From: Ignavibacteria bacterium UBA2360
Lineage (GTDB): Bacteria; Bacteroidota; Ignavibacteria; Tepidaquicellales; OLB5
DNA: 64,000 bases
NCBI GenBank assembly: GCA_002344125.1
Contig: DDTQ01000010.1
Span: 77,683 to 141,682, forward strand
Reading direction: 5' to 3'
Shown here: piece after piece, positions 61,770-64,000 of the stretch
How the letters are laid out: each line of letters starts with the position of its first letter
How positions within the stretch are numbered: the first letter of the stretch is position 1
Translations under genes and position numbers: made by a program
The notes under the pieces: generated by a model
What the model was told of the DNA's origin: nothing
Database searches by the model: none
Seen by the model: the letters and a program-made list of their open reading frames with translations, nothing else

Positions 61770-63224
61770 TTTAAGTAGAAAAGAATTCGGAATATTTGAA
61801 TTGATATTTATTACACCAGGGAAGGACAATTGATTATGCTGGATTCTGCAAAAATACATTTTCGCTGAGCTGTTATCCAATCCATTTACATTGCTGCCGG
61901 CAATTGTATCTCTTTGGAATAATAAATTTACATAAAAGTATCCTTGTATATAATCATTAAAATCAGATATAGATGCATATCTGTAATCACTTAAATCACC
62001 GTAAATGTTTGTTATCCTGTTATAAACCCCCCATGTATTGCCGGAATTTGTTGAATATCTGTACCAAACATCAAAATAATTATTGCCGTTTGAACCTGTA
62101 TCCAGTCTGGCTTTTTCATAAACTACGATGCTGGTTTTGGGGTTTGAATTTATGTAGCCTATAACAGGTCTGCATACTGCCGCATACCCGTCACTTTGCG
62201 GATTTGTTCCGATCATGTTGTTTGAGGAGTCAATAACAATTGGTATGCCTGAATTCAGAGCAGGAGACCAGAACTGAATTTTTGCTGTTTGAAGTATATC
62301 TGGTATATTTGTTACATATTTAACCGTTTCAAAAACTACATTCGGCGTCTCCCCGCTATAACCCACATCTATGCCATTATATGCGCCGTAATTATTATTT
62401 GATAAAGGGTCCCAAATGAGAACAGGTGCGCTCCAGGTTATTCCATCATCAGTGCTTTCTTTAAAACTTACTTTTCCCGCTGTTAAAGAGCCCTCCATAA
62501 TATACGCTAAACCAATCTTACCGTTTTCGCTCTTAGCCATTGCACACCTGAAAGAATTGGAAATTTGCGGTTCAGGGATATAACCGCTGAAATTAGATGA
62601 AGATAAACTTAAACTTCTGTTGAGCATATTTCCCGCAACAAAGACAAATTTAGTTTGATTGTTCAACATTTTAGTCTGAATTCCCACAGGCCAAAGCGCT
62701 GCGGCAGAGCCGTAAATTCCCGGATCAAGTTGTATAAACGCTGCTGCTCCCGGTCCAACATCTGCAAACCACTGGGCACGTTCAATTGTACCGCCAAGTT
62801 TTGTGTGATTCCCGATTAATGCACTTCCATCACTCATAATAAGCATAACCGGAAACCCGGCACTTGTATTGCCTGTTATCGAGTTATATGCTGACCATGT
62901 AAATCCATAATCTGAACTAAAACAATAAACTGTTCTTCTTGAAGAAACCAGGCTGTCTCTGTTTGGAGAATACATAAATGCTGCATGAATATTTGAGGGG
63001 GTATTTGGGTCCAGTTGAACCATATGCGAACTTCCGTTTGACTGTAGGTCATAATACGTTCGTAAATTCGGTGCTATCGAAATCATTATGAAACTAAATA
63101 AGGTATCTGAATATTGAGAATTACCTTTTTCGTATTGAATGTGGTATCCTGTAGAATTATCAGGATTTGACAGCAATGATTGGGTTAAAAAAAAACACAC
63201 AATTAAACTAATAGATTTTTTCAT
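61524..63224 (-). CDS. Secreted BNR/sialidase-like beta-propeller protein with T9SS-type C-terminal sorting domain
   Basis: Signal peptide present. Asp-box-like SSDYGFTWS, STDDGITWS, STNSGNTWG. C-terminus NFPNPFNPKTNIDFDI..GIYFYTISAGKYYEAKKMVLIR. Confidence 0.8.
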   Translation of the reverse strand: MKKSISLIVCFFLTQSLLSNPDNSTGYHIQYEKGNSQYSDTLFSFIMISIAPNLRTYYDLQSNGSSHMVQLDPNTPSNIHAAFMYSPNRDSLVSSRRTVYCFSSDYGFTWSAYNSITGNTSAGFPVMLIMSDGSALIGNHTKLGGTIERAQWFADVGPGAAAFIQLDPGIYGSAAALWPVGIQTKMLNNQTKFVFVAGNMLNRSLSLSSSNFSGYIPEPQISNSFRCAMAKSENGKIGLAYIMEGSLTAGKVSFKESTDDGITWSAPVLIWDPLSNNNYGAYNGIDVGYSGETPNVVFETVKYVTNIPDILQTAKIQFWSPALNSGIPIVIDSSNNMIGTNPQSDGYAAVCRPVIGYINSNPKTSIVVYEKARLDTGSNGNNYFDVWYRYSTNSGNTWGVYNRITNIYGDLSDYRYASISDFNDYIQGYFYVNLLFQRDTIAGSNVNGLDNSSAKMYFCRIQHNQLSFPGVININSNIPNSFLLKQNFPNPFNPKTNIDFDIPKESVVKLTVYNSQGKVIAVLVDQNLTAGSYRVDWNAEIFSSGIYFYTISAGKYYEAKKMVLIR

Positions 63225-63421
63225 TGCAGGATAAATAATTATATTTAATGAACTTATTTTTAAGAAAACAATTTCTGGTTTTGTAAAAACTTAAAGAGAA
63301 TGAAAGAATAAATTTACTGACAAAATCAGTTTTTGTGATTAGGTTAGATTAAATCCGTGGAAATCTGTTATATCCTTGAACACCCGTGTATTGCTTTGCC
63401 CCCACATCAACTATCAGACTC

Positions 63422-64000
63422 TTATTTAATCAGCACCATTTTTTTGGCTTCATAGTATTTACCAGCAGAGATAGTGTAGAAGTAAATTCCGCTTGAAAAA
63501 ATTTCCGCGTTCCAATCAACCCTGTATGAACCTGCCGACAGTTGTTGGTTAACTAATCGCGCAACAACTTCTCCCTGTGAATTGTACACTGTTAATTTTA
63601 CAACAGATTCTTTTGGAATATCAAAATCTATATTAGTTTTTGGATTGAATGGATTTGGGAAATTTTGATTGAGCTTGTAAGCAGCAGGTATTTCTGTACC
63701 TATATTCTGTATTCCAAAAGGGGGATATGGCAAAACAATTTTGCAGTGCATAGTTTTTGCAAGTGACTTTCCAGCGCCATTGATAAAACTACCGGGAATG
63801 GAATCCTGTTGGAACACCAAATGAAAGGCTCTGGTACTATTTTTGTTGGAAACTGAGACATACCTGTTATCATTTAAAGGGCCCGAATTATTCGTTATCA
63901 TTTCAGGATTCATCCATGTATTCCCGGAATTAGAAGATAACCTGTAATAAATATCAAAATAGTTGTTTGAATCAAGCACATCTGTCCTTGCTTTACAATA
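63422..64000 (-). CDS. Paralogue of 61524..63224 (C-terminal part; 5' end outside window)
   Basis: The frame stays open to nt 64000 (..YCKARTDVLDSNNYFDIYYRLSSNSGNTW aligns with ..EKARLDTGSNGNNYFDVWYRYSTNSGNTW). The sorting domain is near-identical. Confidence 0.8.
   Translation of the reverse strand, partial: YCKARTDVLDSNNYFDIYYRLSSNSGNTWMNPEMITNNSGPLNDNRYVSVSNKNSTRAFHLVFQQDSIPGSFINGAGKSLAKTMHCKIVLPYPPFGIQNIGTEIPAAYKLNQNFPNPFNPKTNIDFDIPKESVVKLTVYNSQGEVVARLVNQQLSAGSYRVDWNAEIFSSGIYFYTISAGKYYEAKKMVLIK

Overview
A gene-dense 64-kb chromosomal segment, roughly 40-43% GC by eye, with about 70 CDS and 2 tRNAs. I found no rRNA, CRISPR array, transposase, integrase or prophage genes. The host is probably a diderm FCB-group bacterium, most likely Ignavibacteria-like. 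That is an inference from six secreted proteins with T9SS-type C-terminal sorting domains (N[YF]PNPFNP..), clear Shine-Dalgarno use and a split transketolase; I cannot run a search to confirm it. Most of the window is housekeeping: the thrS-infC-rpmI-rplT-pheS block, plsY, split tkt, purB, rpe, nnr, tgt, yajC, ribBA, greA, ggt, an acyl-CoA ligase, nuoA/nuoB and a separate nuoI. Accessory parts are: (i) a five-gene secreted/outer-membrane cluster (9.5-14.3 kb) running into a glycan/EPS locus (14.3-21.5 kb); (ii) two chagasin-like peptidase inhibitors flanking an M14-like enzyme; (iii) a HigBA-like toxin-antitoxin pair; (iv) the most interesting candidate system, at 53.7-57.9 kb. That candidate is a soluble SPFH protein with a SHOCT tail followed by three paralogous CxxC-x14-CxxC zinc-ribbon proteins, two of them membrane anchored. 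It resembles the B. subtilis ydjGHI part of the pspA operon, but the window has no PspA gene and no TPM-domain (YdjH-type) gene. Nearly every longer intergenic spacer holds a mosaic of short GC-rich palindromic repeat modules (REP/MITE-like), some nested inside one another. One has duplicated the 3' tail of nnr, and one supplies the stop codon of a permease gene. All functional calls rest on motif recognition by eye; no database search or structure prediction was possible.
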